Shown: one piece after another, positions 35,080 through 44,670 of the stretch
How the letters are laid out: every line of letters starts with the position of its first letter
How positions within the stretch are numbered: position 1 is the stretch's first letter
Notes under the pieces: model-generated
The model's input: only the letters and a program-made list of their open reading frames with translations
Database searches by the model: none
Told to the model about the DNA's origin: nothing
Program-made: the position numbers and the translations under genes
Assembly (NCBI GenBank): GCA_003666385.1
Contig: QPIN01000058.1
Coordinates: forward strand, 1,488-65,487
DNA from: Methylococcales symbiont of Hymedesmia sp. n. MRB-2018
GTDB lineage: Bacteria > Pseudomonadota > Gammaproteobacteria > Methylococcales > Methylomonadaceae
DNA: 64,000 nucleotides
Direction of reading: 5' to 3'

Positions 35080-36093
35080 TTATTCTTTATCTGTAGCCGT
35101 ACATTCAGACTGCTGTGGCTCTTTTTTGCATCTCAGCATTCGCATCAATTTCAGCATTTTTCCATTATAAATACCTTCATCTCTTAAACGCATTCTTGAT
35201 TGCCTAAAAACCTCTCGGTAATCTGGTTTATCAGATTCAGGAATAGCAACCCAGTACTTTTCTGGAATAGTACTTTCATATTTTTTGACCGATTCCATGC
35301 CTACATCAAACCTGCTTAAAACATATTCTCGTGACTGTTGCCCATAATTTTCTGGAAACTCTGTTTTACGAATCAACATTTGCATAGTCAATTGTGCTAA
35401 AGAAAAATCAATAACACCGCCATTTGGCTCAAGCCCTTTATATAATTCCATTGCTTCATACACAATGGCAGGACCAAAAGCTACATCAACAGAACCATTA
35501 TTAAATTTACTATACATAGTTGCAATTGAACTGCCTACTGCCGAGCCACCAATAAAAGACACCATCTCCTGTTGTGCAGGGTCAGAATCCAAAATAGCAA
35601 TTCGTTTACCTGCTAATTCACCCACCGTGTCTATGCTGCGATCATTAACAAACATATAAGCCGTGCCTGCCGGACTAATCCCTACCACCTCATAAGGATC
35701 ACTCAGCATTAATTTTGCAGCTTTTTTTGAGCTCACAGTAGTTATCACCGATTTTAAATGTTGGTATGTTGGTAAAGCGCCAATCGCATCCAAACTGCCG
35801 CTAAATGAATTAAATTGTCTGGCTCTAATGCCCGTAAAAATCACCGCATCACACAAAGCTGATTTAAAATCTTCTGCTGCTACACGCTCATTAGTATAGG
35901 GTTTCAGCTCTAGCTCTACACCCCAATTTAATGCCGCTATTTTATAGTCTTTCATATAGGAAAAAACAGGGCCGTTTGCACCCAACAGGTCAAACACACA
36001 CATTTTTTTAGCTACCGCTAAAGCCGTATGACTTGATAGCATTAACAGTAGAGCTGTAAATAGCTTTGTTACTAATCTCTTATATCTATTCAT
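35080..36093 (-). CDS. Periplasmic solute-binding protein (TRAP-associated type; family tentative)
   Basis: 337-aa ORF with a signal peptide (LLLMLSSHTALA|VA). Its size and alternating pattern resemble periplasmic binding proteins, and it lies directly upstream of the TRAP permease. Confidence 0.55.
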   Translation of the reverse strand: MNRYKRLVTKLFTALLLMLSSHTALAVAKKMCVFDLLGANGPVFSYMKDYKIAALNWGVELELKPYTNERVAAEDFKSALCDAVIFTGIRARQFNSFSGSLDAIGALPTYQHLKSVITTVSSKKAAKLMLSDPYEVVGISPAGTAYMFVNDRSIDTVGELAGKRIAILDSDPAQQEMVSFIGGSAVGSSIATMYSKFNNGSVDVAFGPAIVYEAMELYKGLEPNGGVIDFSLAQLTMQMLIRKTEFPENYGQQSREYVLSRFDVGMESVKKYESTIPEKYWVAIPESDKPDYREVFRQSRMRLRDEGIYNGKMLKLMRMLRCKKEPQQSECTATDKE

Positions 36094-36548
36094 CAGTCAT
36101 TACCTTAATTTTTATTGTGAATAAAAAAATAATAGCCCAAGATTACTAAAATTGACCTTATTTATATTTCATGCCTATCAATACCCAAACCAAATGCTCT
36201 AAAGCCCTCCCATGCTGTGGAGGGTTGTCGGTCTACCACATCATTTTTTAATAGAAGTCCTATTCCAAATAAAAAATGGTTTTAACGGTTACTTTAATCA
36301 TACAAGGGTTGGGTGGGAGATTCTAAATAAACGACTCTTATTTTTTATTTTCCCCTCACCCAACCCCTTTCCTTTGGAGAGGGCTTTAAGCTCTCGCTTT
36401 GTTTGGCATTGTCCATAAGCCATGAAAACCTGTAATTATAATGTTTATACTATATTTGCTATAAATCCATAAAAAATATAAAGCTTATCAATAAGTAAGC
36501 TTAGATTTTTTATAAACGCACAATGCACAAAAATAGGCACTACATCAC

Positions 36549-36573
36549 ACCATTTATTTTTGAAAATGGTATA
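36549..36573. repeat. REP-like palindromic unit, copy R3 (opposite orientation)
   Basis: accatttatttttgaaaatggtata is approximately the reverse complement of R2. Confidence 0.6.
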
Positions 36574-36611
36574 AAATGAATCATTACAAACTTATAAGCA
36601 CCTAGGCATAA

Positions 36612-36827
36612 TTAGCACTGGAAAAAGCACAGGTCTATCCCAGTTTAGATGTCGCTACTGGACAATTGATTGGTTTTTCAGACAATACAAGATTTTCGTC
36701 AGGACTTCATTTGCATTTTGCTGCGCAACTCAATAGTGGTATGAAATTAGATTCTGTTGTTTTCAAATTTACCACTTCTGATGGCTTTGTTAATACGCCC
36801 AGTCAAGGTGATTGCTTGAAAAATTAG
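36612..36827 (+). pseudogene. Possible C-terminal remnant of an M23-type peptidase
   Basis: The frame is open with no start: ...QLIGFSDNTRFSSGLHLHFAAQLNSGMKLDSVVF... The GxxxxxxxxGxHLHF pattern is reminiscent of M23 peptidases. The resemblance is weak. Confidence 0.25.
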
Positions 36828-36875
36828 AGTTGTTTATCGGTATGCTACCGATAAATTTATTATGAGTTAATAGCT

Positions 36876-37370
36876 ATGAAATTATCAATTATTGTTGCAA
36901 TGGCGAGTAATCGAGCTATTGGTTTAAACAATAAAATGCCCTGGCATTTATCTGCGGATCTAAAAAAATTTAAAGCGATTACTATGGGCTCTCCTGTTTT
37001 AATGGGTAGAAAAACCTATGAGTCTATTGGCAGGCCATTACCAGGACGGACTAATATCATTATTAGTCGTAATCCAGACTATCAAGTTGAGAGTTGTTTG
37101 GTTTTTAATACGGTCGATAAAGCTATTGAAGCTTGTCAGCAGTATGACGAAATTTTTGTCATTGGTGGCGCGACTTTGTATCAGCTTATGTTACCTAAAG
37201 CTGATCTTCTTTATCTCACACAAATTAATAAAAGGTTTGAAGCGGATACTTGTTTTCCTGATTTTAATAAAAAAGAATGGAATGAAATAGCCAGAGAAGA
37301 GATAGAAGGGGATGAAAGTGTTGATTTTAGTTACAGTTTTATAACACTTGAAAGAAACAGTGCTGCCTAA
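36876..37370 (+). CDS. folA: Dihydrofolate reductase
   Basis: 164-aa ORF with IVAMASNRAIGLNNKMPWHL, MGRKTYESIG and VIGGATLY. Confidence 0.94.
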   Translation: MKLSIIVAMASNRAIGLNNKMPWHLSADLKKFKAITMGSPVLMGRKTYESIGRPLPGRTNIIISRNPDYQVESCLVFNTVDKAIEACQQYDEIFVIGGATLYQLMLPKADLLYLTQINKRFEADTCFPDFNKKEWNEIAREEIEGDESVDFSYSFITLERNSAA

Positions 37371-37390
37371 TTGCTGATAGATTAGACATG

Positions 37391-37429
37391 TTAATTAATA
37401 CCATTTATTCTTGGAAATGGTATTAATTA
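37391..37429. terminator. REP-like unit R4, extended to a 15-16-bp stem hairpin between the convergent folA and pqqC genes (likely a bidirectional terminator)
   Basis: ttaattaataccattt-attcttgg-aaatggtattaatta. The core is shared with R1-R3. Confidence 0.55.
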
Positions 37430-37449
37430 TACTTGGGTGCTTATGTCTT

Positions 37450-38172
37450 TTACTGCACATTAAAGTACGGTGGCATATGGTTAACATAAGCCATATATAT
37501 AGCATCTGCCATTGACCATAAAACATCGAGTTTAAACTGTAGAATTTCAACCATACGCTCTTGCTGTTGCCGTGTTTTGTACCAATCTAGGGTAATTTCC
37601 AAGCCATGTTCTACATCTCGTCTTGCTTCTGATAAGCGTTTACGAAAATAAGTATAGCCGTCCTGATCAATCCAGGGATATAACTCAGGCCAGTTGTCTA
37701 GTCGTTGCTTATGGATTTTGGGCGCAAACATTTCTGTTAAAGATGAGCTTGCTGCCTCATGCCATTCAGCTCTTCTGGCAAAATTAACATAGCTATCGAC
37801 AGCAAAGCGTACCGCAGGTAATACATGTTCTAGTGATACTATTTCTTCACGGCTTAAACCTACCGCTATGCCTAATTGTATCCAAGCTTCAATACCGCCT
37901 GGTTCATCGGGGCTACCATCATGATCAATAATGCGCCGTGTCCAGAGCGAGCGAGTTACTCGGTCAGGACAGTTGGCTAAAATATTGGCATCTTTGATTG
38001 GAATCATTAACTGGTAGTAAAAACGGTTAGCTACCCAACCTTGTAATTGTTGCTGATTTAGCTCTCCTGCATTCATCATGGTATGTATGGGATGATGAAT
38101 ATGATAAAACCGTTCCATGCCACGTAATTGCACTTCAAATTCTTCGCGAGTCCAGGGTGTTTGTTTTGTCAT
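37450..38172 (-). CDS. pqqC: Pyrroloquinoline-quinone synthase
   Basis: 240-aa ORF matching the PqqC pattern ([28 protein letters not shown]). Confidence 0.93.
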   Translation of the reverse strand: MTKQTPWTREEFEVQLRGMERFYHIHHPIHTMMNAGELNQQQLQGWVANRFYYQLMIPIKDANILANCPDRVTRSLWTRRIIDHDGSPDEPGGIEAWIQLGIAVGLSREEIVSLEHVLPAVRFAVDSYVNFARRAEWHEAASSSLTEMFAPKIHKQRLDNWPELYPWIDQDGYTYFRKRLSEARRDVEHGLEITLDWYKTRQQQERMVEILQFKLDVLWSMADAIYMAYVNHMPPYFNVQ

Positions 38173-38174
38173 GG

Positions 38175-39101
38175 TTACAGTTCAATATTCATGTTGTCGA
38201 ATGATACTTCTATATCATGTTGCTTCAGTATGTCACTTTCTTTTGAATTTTCATTCAGAATAGGATTTGTGTTATTAATATGGATTAAAATTTTGCGTGG
38301 TTTCTCTAAGGTATCTAAAAATTCAATCATGCCGTCTTCACCTGACTGGGGGATATGACCAATTTCTCTGGCTAATAATGGACGACCTACAGAAGCAAGT
38401 TCGTCATCTGTCCAAAACGTACCATCCACTAATACACAATCCGCTTCGCCCATGGCTTTTTCTACATGAGGTTCTATCACGCCTAAGCCAGGAGCATAAA
38501 AAATGCTTTTACCCGTTGAAACCTGGCGAATGATCATACCGATATTATCGCCTTCATGCGGATCATTTCTGTGTGGTGAGTATGGTGGTGCTTTGCTTTT
38601 AAGGGGTAATGCAGTGAACTCAAGATCATCAATATTAGCGATAGTAAAAGATTCACCATCTAAAGGGATGGGGTGATCAATTACACCGCAAAAATGTTGT
38701 AAAATATTAAAAATTGGAAAACCCGTACTTAAATCTTGCTTGACCATGTCAGTGCAATAAATAGTCAACGGATCACCTTCTCGCAAAATAAGAAGCCCCG
38801 TTGCATGATCAATTTGGGAATCAATCATAACTATGGCTTCAATACCTGTGCCACGTACTTTGTTTTTAGGATGAATTTCTGGGAAATTTTCTAATTGTGC
38901 ACGTACATCAGGTGAGGCATTAAAAAGCACCCAGTGTTCACCATCCGAAGAAACAGCAATAGACGATTGATTTCGTGTGCTGGCTTTAATAGAACCCGAT
39001 CTTACCGCTTTGCAATTGGGACAACTGCAATTCCATTGTGGAAAACCACCGCCTGCGCCTGAACCCAAAACTCTTATTTGCATAGATTTTTTTGCCATCA
39101 A
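38175..39101 (-). CDS. pqqB: PQQ biosynthesis protein B (metallo-beta-lactamase fold)
   Basis: 308-aa ORF with [21 protein letters not shown] at the N-terminus, typical of PqqB. Confidence 0.93.
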   Translation of the reverse strand: MMAKKSMQIRVLGSGAGGGFPQWNCSCPNCKAVRSGSIKASTRNQSSIAVSSDGEHWVLFNASPDVRAQLENFPEIHPKNKVRGTGIEAIVMIDSQIDHATGLLILREGDPLTIYCTDMVKQDLSTGFPIFNILQHFCGVIDHPIPLDGESFTIANIDDLEFTALPLKSKAPPYSPHRNDPHEGDNIGMIIRQVSTGKSIFYAPGLGVIEPHVEKAMGEADCVLVDGTFWTDDELASVGRPLLAREIGHIPQSGEDGMIEFLDTLEKPRKILIHINNTNPILNENSKESDILKQHDIEVSFDNMNIEL

Positions 39102-39186
39102 ATCAGGATTAAGGTGAGTAGTGATACGGTATTAAGACAATTAGTCATAATTTTATTAAATTCTATACTGGACAAAAGTATCAGGC

Positions 39187-39216
39187 AAAAAAAGGGGCTC
39201 AAAGAGCCCCTTTTTT
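39187..39216 (-). terminator. GC-rich hairpin with flanking A/T runs between pqqA and pqqB (attenuator or partial terminator)
   Basis: aaaaaaa-GGGGCTC-aaa-GAGCCCC-tttttt. It is followed by a T-run on either strand. Confidence 0.7.
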
Positions 39217-39235
39217 AATTTATAAACGTTTGTTA

Positions 39236-39310
39236 TTAACGGTTATAAATGTACATTGTGACTTCAAAACCAAAACGTAAGTCGTTGTATGCTGGTGTTT
39301 CCCATTTCAT
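39236..39310 (-). CDS. pqqA: PQQ precursor peptide PqqA (24 aa)
   Basis: The minus-strand translation is MKWETPAYNDLRFGFEVTMYIYNR* with the conserved E-x3-Y (EVTMY) cross-link motif. The RBS is ctGGAGaataact. It is too small for the ORF track. Confidence 0.92.
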   Translation of the reverse strand: MKWETPAYNDLRFGFEVTMYIYNR

Positions 39311-39590
39311 AGTTATTCTCCAGAGTTTTTATTATCTTGCTAGCTTGATCAAGTAAGCTGACGGTGAGTATACGATGAACCTTTTTTTTTCGCAACTGAT
39401 AAAAACGTTATTAGCCATTTAAGTTTAGTTCTATAAATTCATGGTGGGCATCTATGGGTTTAAAATGTCCGATAATTCCCTCATTTACAGGGAAGTAGTG
39501 TGGCTTCTCAACAATCAAGGGCAATTTAACGCAGGCTAGAGAAGCATTCTGATGTCAATAGGGTAAGGAGAATAGTTCGCTGCTTACTTT

Positions 39591-39746
39591 GTAACTACTC
39601 CGCTTACCCTCTATTTTATCCAATAGCCGCGTTGAAAGTGCGCATTTACACCTGTAAACTCCGTGCTTTCGCCTTGCTCTTGAACGCCTTGATCTTGAAC
39701 AGAACAGAGGGCAATCTAAGCAGTTACGGAGTACGCTGAGTAGTTG
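39591..39746 (+). mobile_element. MITE-like element, family 1, copy 3 (156 bp)
   Basis: It has the same core and TIRs as the other family 1 copies. It ends 10 nt from the cysH stop codon. Confidence 0.8.
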
Positions 39747-39756
39747 TCAAGTTACC

Positions 39757-40479
39757 TTACTTTTTTATATTTTCCGCGTGTAAACCACATTCTTTTTTAT
39801 TCCCTGACTCCCACCACCAGCGTCCAACACGCTCATGTTGGTTAGGTAATACCGCCCGAGTGCAGGGTTCACAACCTATGCTGATAAAACCTTTTTTATG
39901 TAATTTATTATAAGGGACTTGATAGGCTTCAATGTAATCCCAGACTTGGGCTGAATTCCAGTTAAGTAGTGGATTAAATTTAATTAATTGTTTTTCATTA
40001 CTAGAAAAAACAGTATCAATTTGTACTGCTGGAATATCTTGTCGAGTATCCATGCTTTGGTCTTTACGTTGACCTGTGATCCATGCATCAAGTTGTGAAA
40101 GTTTTTTTCTAAGTGGCTCTACTTTGCGGATGCCGCAACATTCTTGATGGCTATCTTGGTAAAAACTGAATAATCCTTTTTCTTTTACAAAAGGGTCTAA
40201 TACTTTTCTGTTTGCAGTAAGAAGTTCGATGTCTATTTGGTAATGGCTTCTTGTTTTTTCAATAAATTGATATGTTTCAGGATGTAAGCGACCCGTATCT
40301 AAAGAGAATACTTTGATATCTTTTTTGATATTGAGAGCCATGTCTATGAGCACTACATCTTCAGCACCACTGAATGAAATCGCAATATTGTCAAAGTTTT
40401 CTAACGCAGCTTTTAAAATACTGAGAGGGTTTTTATTTTGCAGATCAGTTTGTGCAGATTGAATGTCAAATGAGTTCAT
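39757..40479 (-). CDS. cysH: Assimilatory adenylyl-/phosphoadenylyl-sulfate reductase (thioredoxin-dependent; Fe-S type suggests APS reductase)
   Basis: 240-aa ORF with CCGIRKVEPL, GCEPCT and C-terminal ECGLH. The CC...CxxC cysteines are characteristic of [4Fe-4S] APS reductases. Confidence 0.88.
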   Translation of the reverse strand: MNSFDIQSAQTDLQNKNPLSILKAALENFDNIAISFSGAEDVVLIDMALNIKKDIKVFSLDTGRLHPETYQFIEKTRSHYQIDIELLTANRKVLDPFVKEKGLFSFYQDSHQECCGIRKVEPLRKKLSQLDAWITGQRKDQSMDTRQDIPAVQIDTVFSSNEKQLIKFNPLLNWNSAQVWDYIEAYQVPYNKLHKKGFISIGCEPCTRAVLPNQHERVGRWWWESGNKKECGLHAENIKK

Positions 40480-42146
40480 TGTGATGCTTTTAGGTTTATA
40501 GATGCAGGTTTTATTAAATAGGTTCTAGGTTTGCCTTCCTTGCTACTTTGTGAAAAATAATTTGCTAGAAAATTGTCAAAGGAAAGGCTATCGTTATTTT
40601 CAATTTCTTTTTGTTTGTTATGAGAGTTAATAGCCATCTCATTAAATTGTTGGACAATGCTTGCGTTTAACTTTTCTTCACTGAAATGTTGTTTATTCAG
40701 TGCCGAGATATCTAATCCAAACCGTCCAAAAGGCTGATTTTGTAGATGCATGCCATTGAGTATTTTTGCTGAAGGTGTTAGATCAGAATTTTTAACAATC
40801 GCATGTTGTTTCTTTAAGGCGGTACTATATGGTTTTGTAGTGTCGTGATTATCTAAAGCTTTACAGATTGGTTGCATGGATTGAAGAATTTCATTTGCCC
40901 AAGTTTGTAGTGATATTTGTTGACCATTTTTGTTGATTTTTAGCCCTGGCTTTCTGCCTTCATGGGCTACGCTGAGTTGATTTGTATTATTAATCTGATA
41001 TTCGTGTCCAGCATATTGAGGGCTATCTTGTAATAGACAGTTGAGTAGAAAGGCTTCTAGGAAACGTGATTTGTTTTCGTCAATACCTATGGGGTTAAAT
41101 AGGTCTAAATCCAGAGAACGAATTTCAATGTATCTTACTCCGCGTAATTTAAGGGCGAGCGTGGGTTTTTCTCCCGATCTGGCAATTTGTTTGGGGCGGA
41201 TAGTACTATAGTATTCGTTTTCAATTTGCAAGATATTGGGATTTAGTTGTTTGTAATTTCCATTGTTCTTAACGCCAATTTTTTCATAGTCAGCATAGGG
41301 TGTTTCAATGGCATCATTAAGACTGTCAACATAGCCATTTAAAAAATTGTAATCAATTTTAAGGTCGGCTTGGTTTTTACTTTTATAGCCAATATCACTC
41401 ATGCGTAATGATGTTGCATAAGGGTGGTAAAGTGTATTTTCATCATATTCATCAAATTCAGCCATTAAATGAGGTCGACTTTTAAAAAAGCTTTTACAGA
41501 TAGCGGGTGATGCACCAAATAAATACAGGAGTAACCAGCCTTGACGCTGGAAATTTCTGGTCAGATTAAAATAAGACTCGGAGATAAAATCTTTTAAATT
41601 ATTCTTCGACTGACTATGTGTCTGTAACACGGGCCAAAGTGCTTCGGGGACAGAGTAGTTAAAATGTATGCCTGCAATGGCTTGCATGGTTCTACCGTAT
41701 CTATGCCATAAACCTTGCCTGTATACATGTTTCATCTTGCCAATATTTGAACAGCCATATTTGGCAATAGGTATGCTTTCATCGCCATTAATTCCACAAG
41801 GCATACTGGCTGAGAGCAATAACTCATCATCCAGATGGTCATAAACGTATTGATGAATATTATGCATAAACTCTAAAGTTTGAGTAATATCCGCAAAGGG
41901 TGGGGTAATAAATTCAAGCAACGCTTCGGAATAATCCGTTGTTATATGTGGGTGAGTCAGTGCTGAACCAAGAGCAAAAGGATGTTTTGTTTGCGAGATA
42001 ATGCCTTCTTTTGAAATTCGAAGACTTTCTTTTTCTATGCCTTTCAGTCCACCAACTAACAAATGCTGTTGCTTGGTGTTCAATAGATAGTCGAGTTTTG
42101 GAGAACGGTGTCTATTCAAACTGCTCATAAAATGGATGTCAGGCAA
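40476..42146 (-). CDS. gshA: Glutamate--cysteine ligase (proteobacterial GshA type) with a C-terminal extension of about 40 aa
   Basis: 556-aa ORF matching the GshA pattern (GLKGIEKESLR, HPHITTDYSEALLEFITPP, MSDIGY). It overlaps cysH by 4 nt. Confidence 0.9.
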   Translation of the reverse strand: MPDIHFMSSLNRHRSPKLDYLLNTKQQHLLVGGLKGIEKESLRISKEGIISQTKHPFALGSALTHPHITTDYSEALLEFITPPFADITQTLEFMHNIHQYVYDHLDDELLLSASMPCGINGDESIPIAKYGCSNIGKMKHVYRQGLWHRYGRTMQAIAGIHFNYSVPEALWPVLQTHSQSKNNLKDFISESYFNLTRNFQRQGWLLLYLFGASPAICKSFFKSRPHLMAEFDEYDENTLYHPYATSLRMSDIGYKSKNQADLKIDYNFLNGYVDSLNDAIETPYADYEKIGVKNNGNYKQLNPNILQIENEYYSTIRPKQIARSGEKPTLALKLRGVRYIEIRSLDLDLFNPIGIDENKSRFLEAFLLNCLLQDSPQYAGHEYQINNTNQLSVAHEGRKPGLKINKNGQQISLQTWANEILQSMQPICKALDNHDTTKPYSTALKKQHAIVKNSDLTPSAKILNGMHLQNQPFGRFGLDISALNKQHFSEEKLNASIVQQFNEMAINSHNKQKEIENNDSLSFDNFLANYFSQSSKEGKPRTYLIKPASINLKASQ

Positions 42147-42202
42147 ACGGATCTTGATATAATTGCCCTATTATAAAGACTTATTGATAATTGGAGTAGT
42201 CT

Positions 42203-44347
42203 ATCAATACAGAGCAAGGCTCACATATCGGTCAAAAGGCAGAAAATATTCTTAAATCTGTTTTTGGCTATGATAGTTTTAGAGGGCAACAACAGGATAT
42301 TATCGAAGGGCTTATTTTAGGGCAGGACGCATTAGTCCTGATGCCTACAGGTGGTGGAAAATCCTTATGCTATCAAATTCCAGCACTGAGTCGGCAGGGT
42401 GTAGGTGTTGTTATTTCACCTTTAATTGCTTTAATGCAGGATCAAGTCAGTGCATTACATTTATTAGGTGTTAAAGCGGCTTTTCTGAATTCAACATTAT
42501 CTGTGGATGAAGTACGAAATGTTGAGCAGCAATTAGCTAAAGGTGAGTTGGATTTGCTCTATATTGCTCCTGAGCGCCTAACAACGGCATGGACTTTATC
42601 ATTATTTGAGCGAATTAATATTGCTTTATTTGCTATTGATGAGGCGCACTGTGTTTCTCAGTGGGGACATGATTTCAGAGTCGATTATTTGCAATTATCA
42701 CTTCTACATAAAAAATTTCCAACGATTCCTCGAATCGCCCTAACAGCAACAGCCGATGAAAAAACCCGAGAAGAAATTATTAAACGACTGGCTTTAGATA
42801 AAGCGCAGTCATTCATCAGTGGCTTTGATCGACCGAATATTCGTTATCGGATTGTTCAAAAACAAAATGCAAAACAGCAATTGTTGCATTTTATAAGAGC
42901 TGAGCATTCAGGTGACGCAGGCATAGTTTATTGTTTATCAAGAAAAAAGGTTGAGTCAACGGCGAAATGGTTGGCTGAAAAAGGTATCAAGGCATTGCCT
43001 TATCACGCACGCTTGGATCAGCAGATTAAAAAAAATAATCAACATCGTTTTTTAATGGAAGAAGGTGTGGTTATCGTGGCTACTATTGCTTTTGGAATGG
43101 GGATAGACAAGCCTAATGTGCGGTTTGTGGCGCATTTAGACCTTCCTAAAAGTATAGAGGGGTATTATCAAGAAACGGGTCGTGCAGGGCGAGATGGTGA
43201 ACCAGCAAATGCCTGGATGGCGTATGGTTTACAAGATGTCATTACTTTAAGGCAAATGCTGGAAAGTTCTAACGCAGATGAAATGCATAAACGTGTAGAG
43301 CTTCATAAGTTGGAGTCCATGTTGGCCTTGTGTGAATTAGTGAGCTGTCGAAGACAGGCTTTATTAGCTTATTTTGGGGATGAGTTGAGGGATAGCTGTG
43401 GAAATTGTGATGCCTGTTTAGAGCCAGTAGAAACTTGGGATGGGACGATAGCGGCTCAACAAGCTTTGTCTTGCATTTATCGTACAGAACAGCGGTTTGG
43501 TGTGCATTATTTAATTGATGTATTACTCGGTAAGTCTAACGAAAGAATAAAAAATTTTGGTCATGACAAACAATCTACCTTTGGCGTTGGTAAGGGCTTA
43601 GAAAAAAAACAATGGCGTTCAGTATTCAGACAATTGGTGGCAAAAGGTTTAGTAGAAGTTGATTTTGAAGCTTACGGTGCATTTAAATTAACTAAGCAAT
43701 GTCGTCCTGTTTTACGGGGAGAACAAGTGCTTATGTTGCGGAAGGATGTGGTGGCAGAGAAAATTTCTGTTAAAAAATCGACTCGAAAAAGGAGCTTCAA
43801 TGAGCAGAATAATATCTTATGGGAAGCATTACGATCTAAACGTCTAGAAATTGCAGATCAGCAAGATGTTCCTCCTTTTGTTGTTTTTCATGATGCGACG
43901 TTAATGGCTATGATGGATGAAAAGCCAGAAAACCTACAGCAAATGAGTTATATATCGGGTGTAGGCGAGAAAAAACTTGATCTCTATGGCGAAGAGTTTC
44001 TAAAGGTTTTACAGCAGTTTTCCGCCATGGAAATGAGTGATACTGTGGCAGAAACAGTAGAGTTATTTAAGCAAGAGTACAGTGTTGAGAGTATTGCAAA
44101 GCAGAGGAAATTAAAAGAAGAGACTGTTTACACGCATTTATCACAAGCACTAGAGGAAGGTGTGGTTCAATTAAATGAAGTTGTCGATTTAACGGAGCAA
44201 GAAATTCAAATAATAGAAGATGCGATTATCAAATTGCCAGAAGAGCAGAGGAATACATTAAAGCCATTATTTGATTTTTTTGATGAATTGTATAGTTATA
44301 GTGAATTGCGTTGCGTAAGAGCCAATTTTTTGCATAAAACGGGCTAG
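42203..44347 (+). CDS. recQ: ATP-dependent DNA helicase RecQ. Conserved sequence begins at an in-frame ATC at 42203; the first ATG is at 42341.
   Basis: It has helicase motifs ([17 protein letters not shown]), RQC Zn-Cys residues, an HRDC domain and a C-terminal HTH-like tail. The 46 codons upstream of the first ATG encode motif 0 ([22 protein letters not shown]) but contain no ATG, GTG or TTG after the in-frame TAG at 42197. Confidence 0.88.
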   Translation: MNTEQGSHIGQKAENILKSVFGYDSFRGQQQDIIEGLILGQDALVLMPTGGGKSLCYQIPALSRQGVGVVISPLIALMQDQVSALHLLGVKAAFLNSTLSVDEVRNVEQQLAKGELDLLYIAPERLTTAWTLSLFERINIALFAIDEAHCVSQWGHDFRVDYLQLSLLHKKFPTIPRIALTATADEKTREEIIKRLALDKAQSFISGFDRPNIRYRIVQKQNAKQQLLHFIRAEHSGDAGIVYCLSRKKVESTAKWLAEKGIKALPYHARLDQQIKKNNQHRFLMEEGVVIVATIAFGMGIDKPNVRFVAHLDLPKSIEGYYQETGRAGRDGEPANAWMAYGLQDVITLRQMLESSNADEMHKRVELHKLESMLALCELVSCRRQALLAYFGDELRDSCGNCDACLEPVETWDGTIAAQQALSCIYRTEQRFGVHYLIDVLLGKSNERIKNFGHDKQSTFGVGKGLEKKQWRSVFRQLVAKGLVEVDFEAYGAFKLTKQCRPVLRGEQVLMLRKDVVAEKISVKKSTRKRSFNEQNNILWEALRSKRLEIADQQDVPPFVVFHDATLMAMMDEKPENLQQMSYISGVGEKKLDLYGEEFLKVLQQFSAMEMSDTVAETVELFKQEYSVESIAKQRKLKEETVYTHLSQALEEGVVQLNEVVDLTEQEIQIIEDAIIKLPEEQRNTLKPLFDFFDELYSYSELRCVRANFLHKTG

Positions 44348-44532
44348 GACTTTGTAGTTTTACTCCGTCAAATAATTTAATATTTATAGGCTGTGGATTG
44401 TTGAGCATATTTCAGCAATCCTGAAGCAAAAGAGAAATTAAATATTAGTAACCCAGCATTCACCTAAAAATGTTGGGATAGAGACAGACAGGGCGTACCC
44501 TGTCTCTACTGTCTTTATGGTAAATTAACTAA

Positions 44533-44660
44533 TTCAGCTGCTTTCCAGTCCAGTAGCCGCGTTAAAAGTACTCATTTACACCTATAAACTCTGCACTTTC
44601 GCCTTGCTCTTGAACAAAATAGAGCAATCTAAGCAGTTACGGAGTACGCTGAGTAGTTAC
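44533..44660 (+). mobile_element. MITE-like element, family 1, copy 4 (degenerate 5' end, single 15-nt unit)
   Basis: ...cagtagccgcgttaaaagtactcatttacacctataaactctgcactttcgccttgctcttgaac...gcaatctaagcagttacggagtacgctgagtagttac. It ends 10 nt from the stop of the HvfA-like gene. Confidence 0.7.
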
Positions 44661-44670
44661 AAATATTATT

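Noticed and set aside
36212-36418. 68-aa ORF and the motif ttttcccctcacccaaccccctttcctttggagaggg
   Set aside because: No RBS or family is evident. The G/C-rich motif resembles common intergenic repeat debris and occurs once here, so I make no claim.
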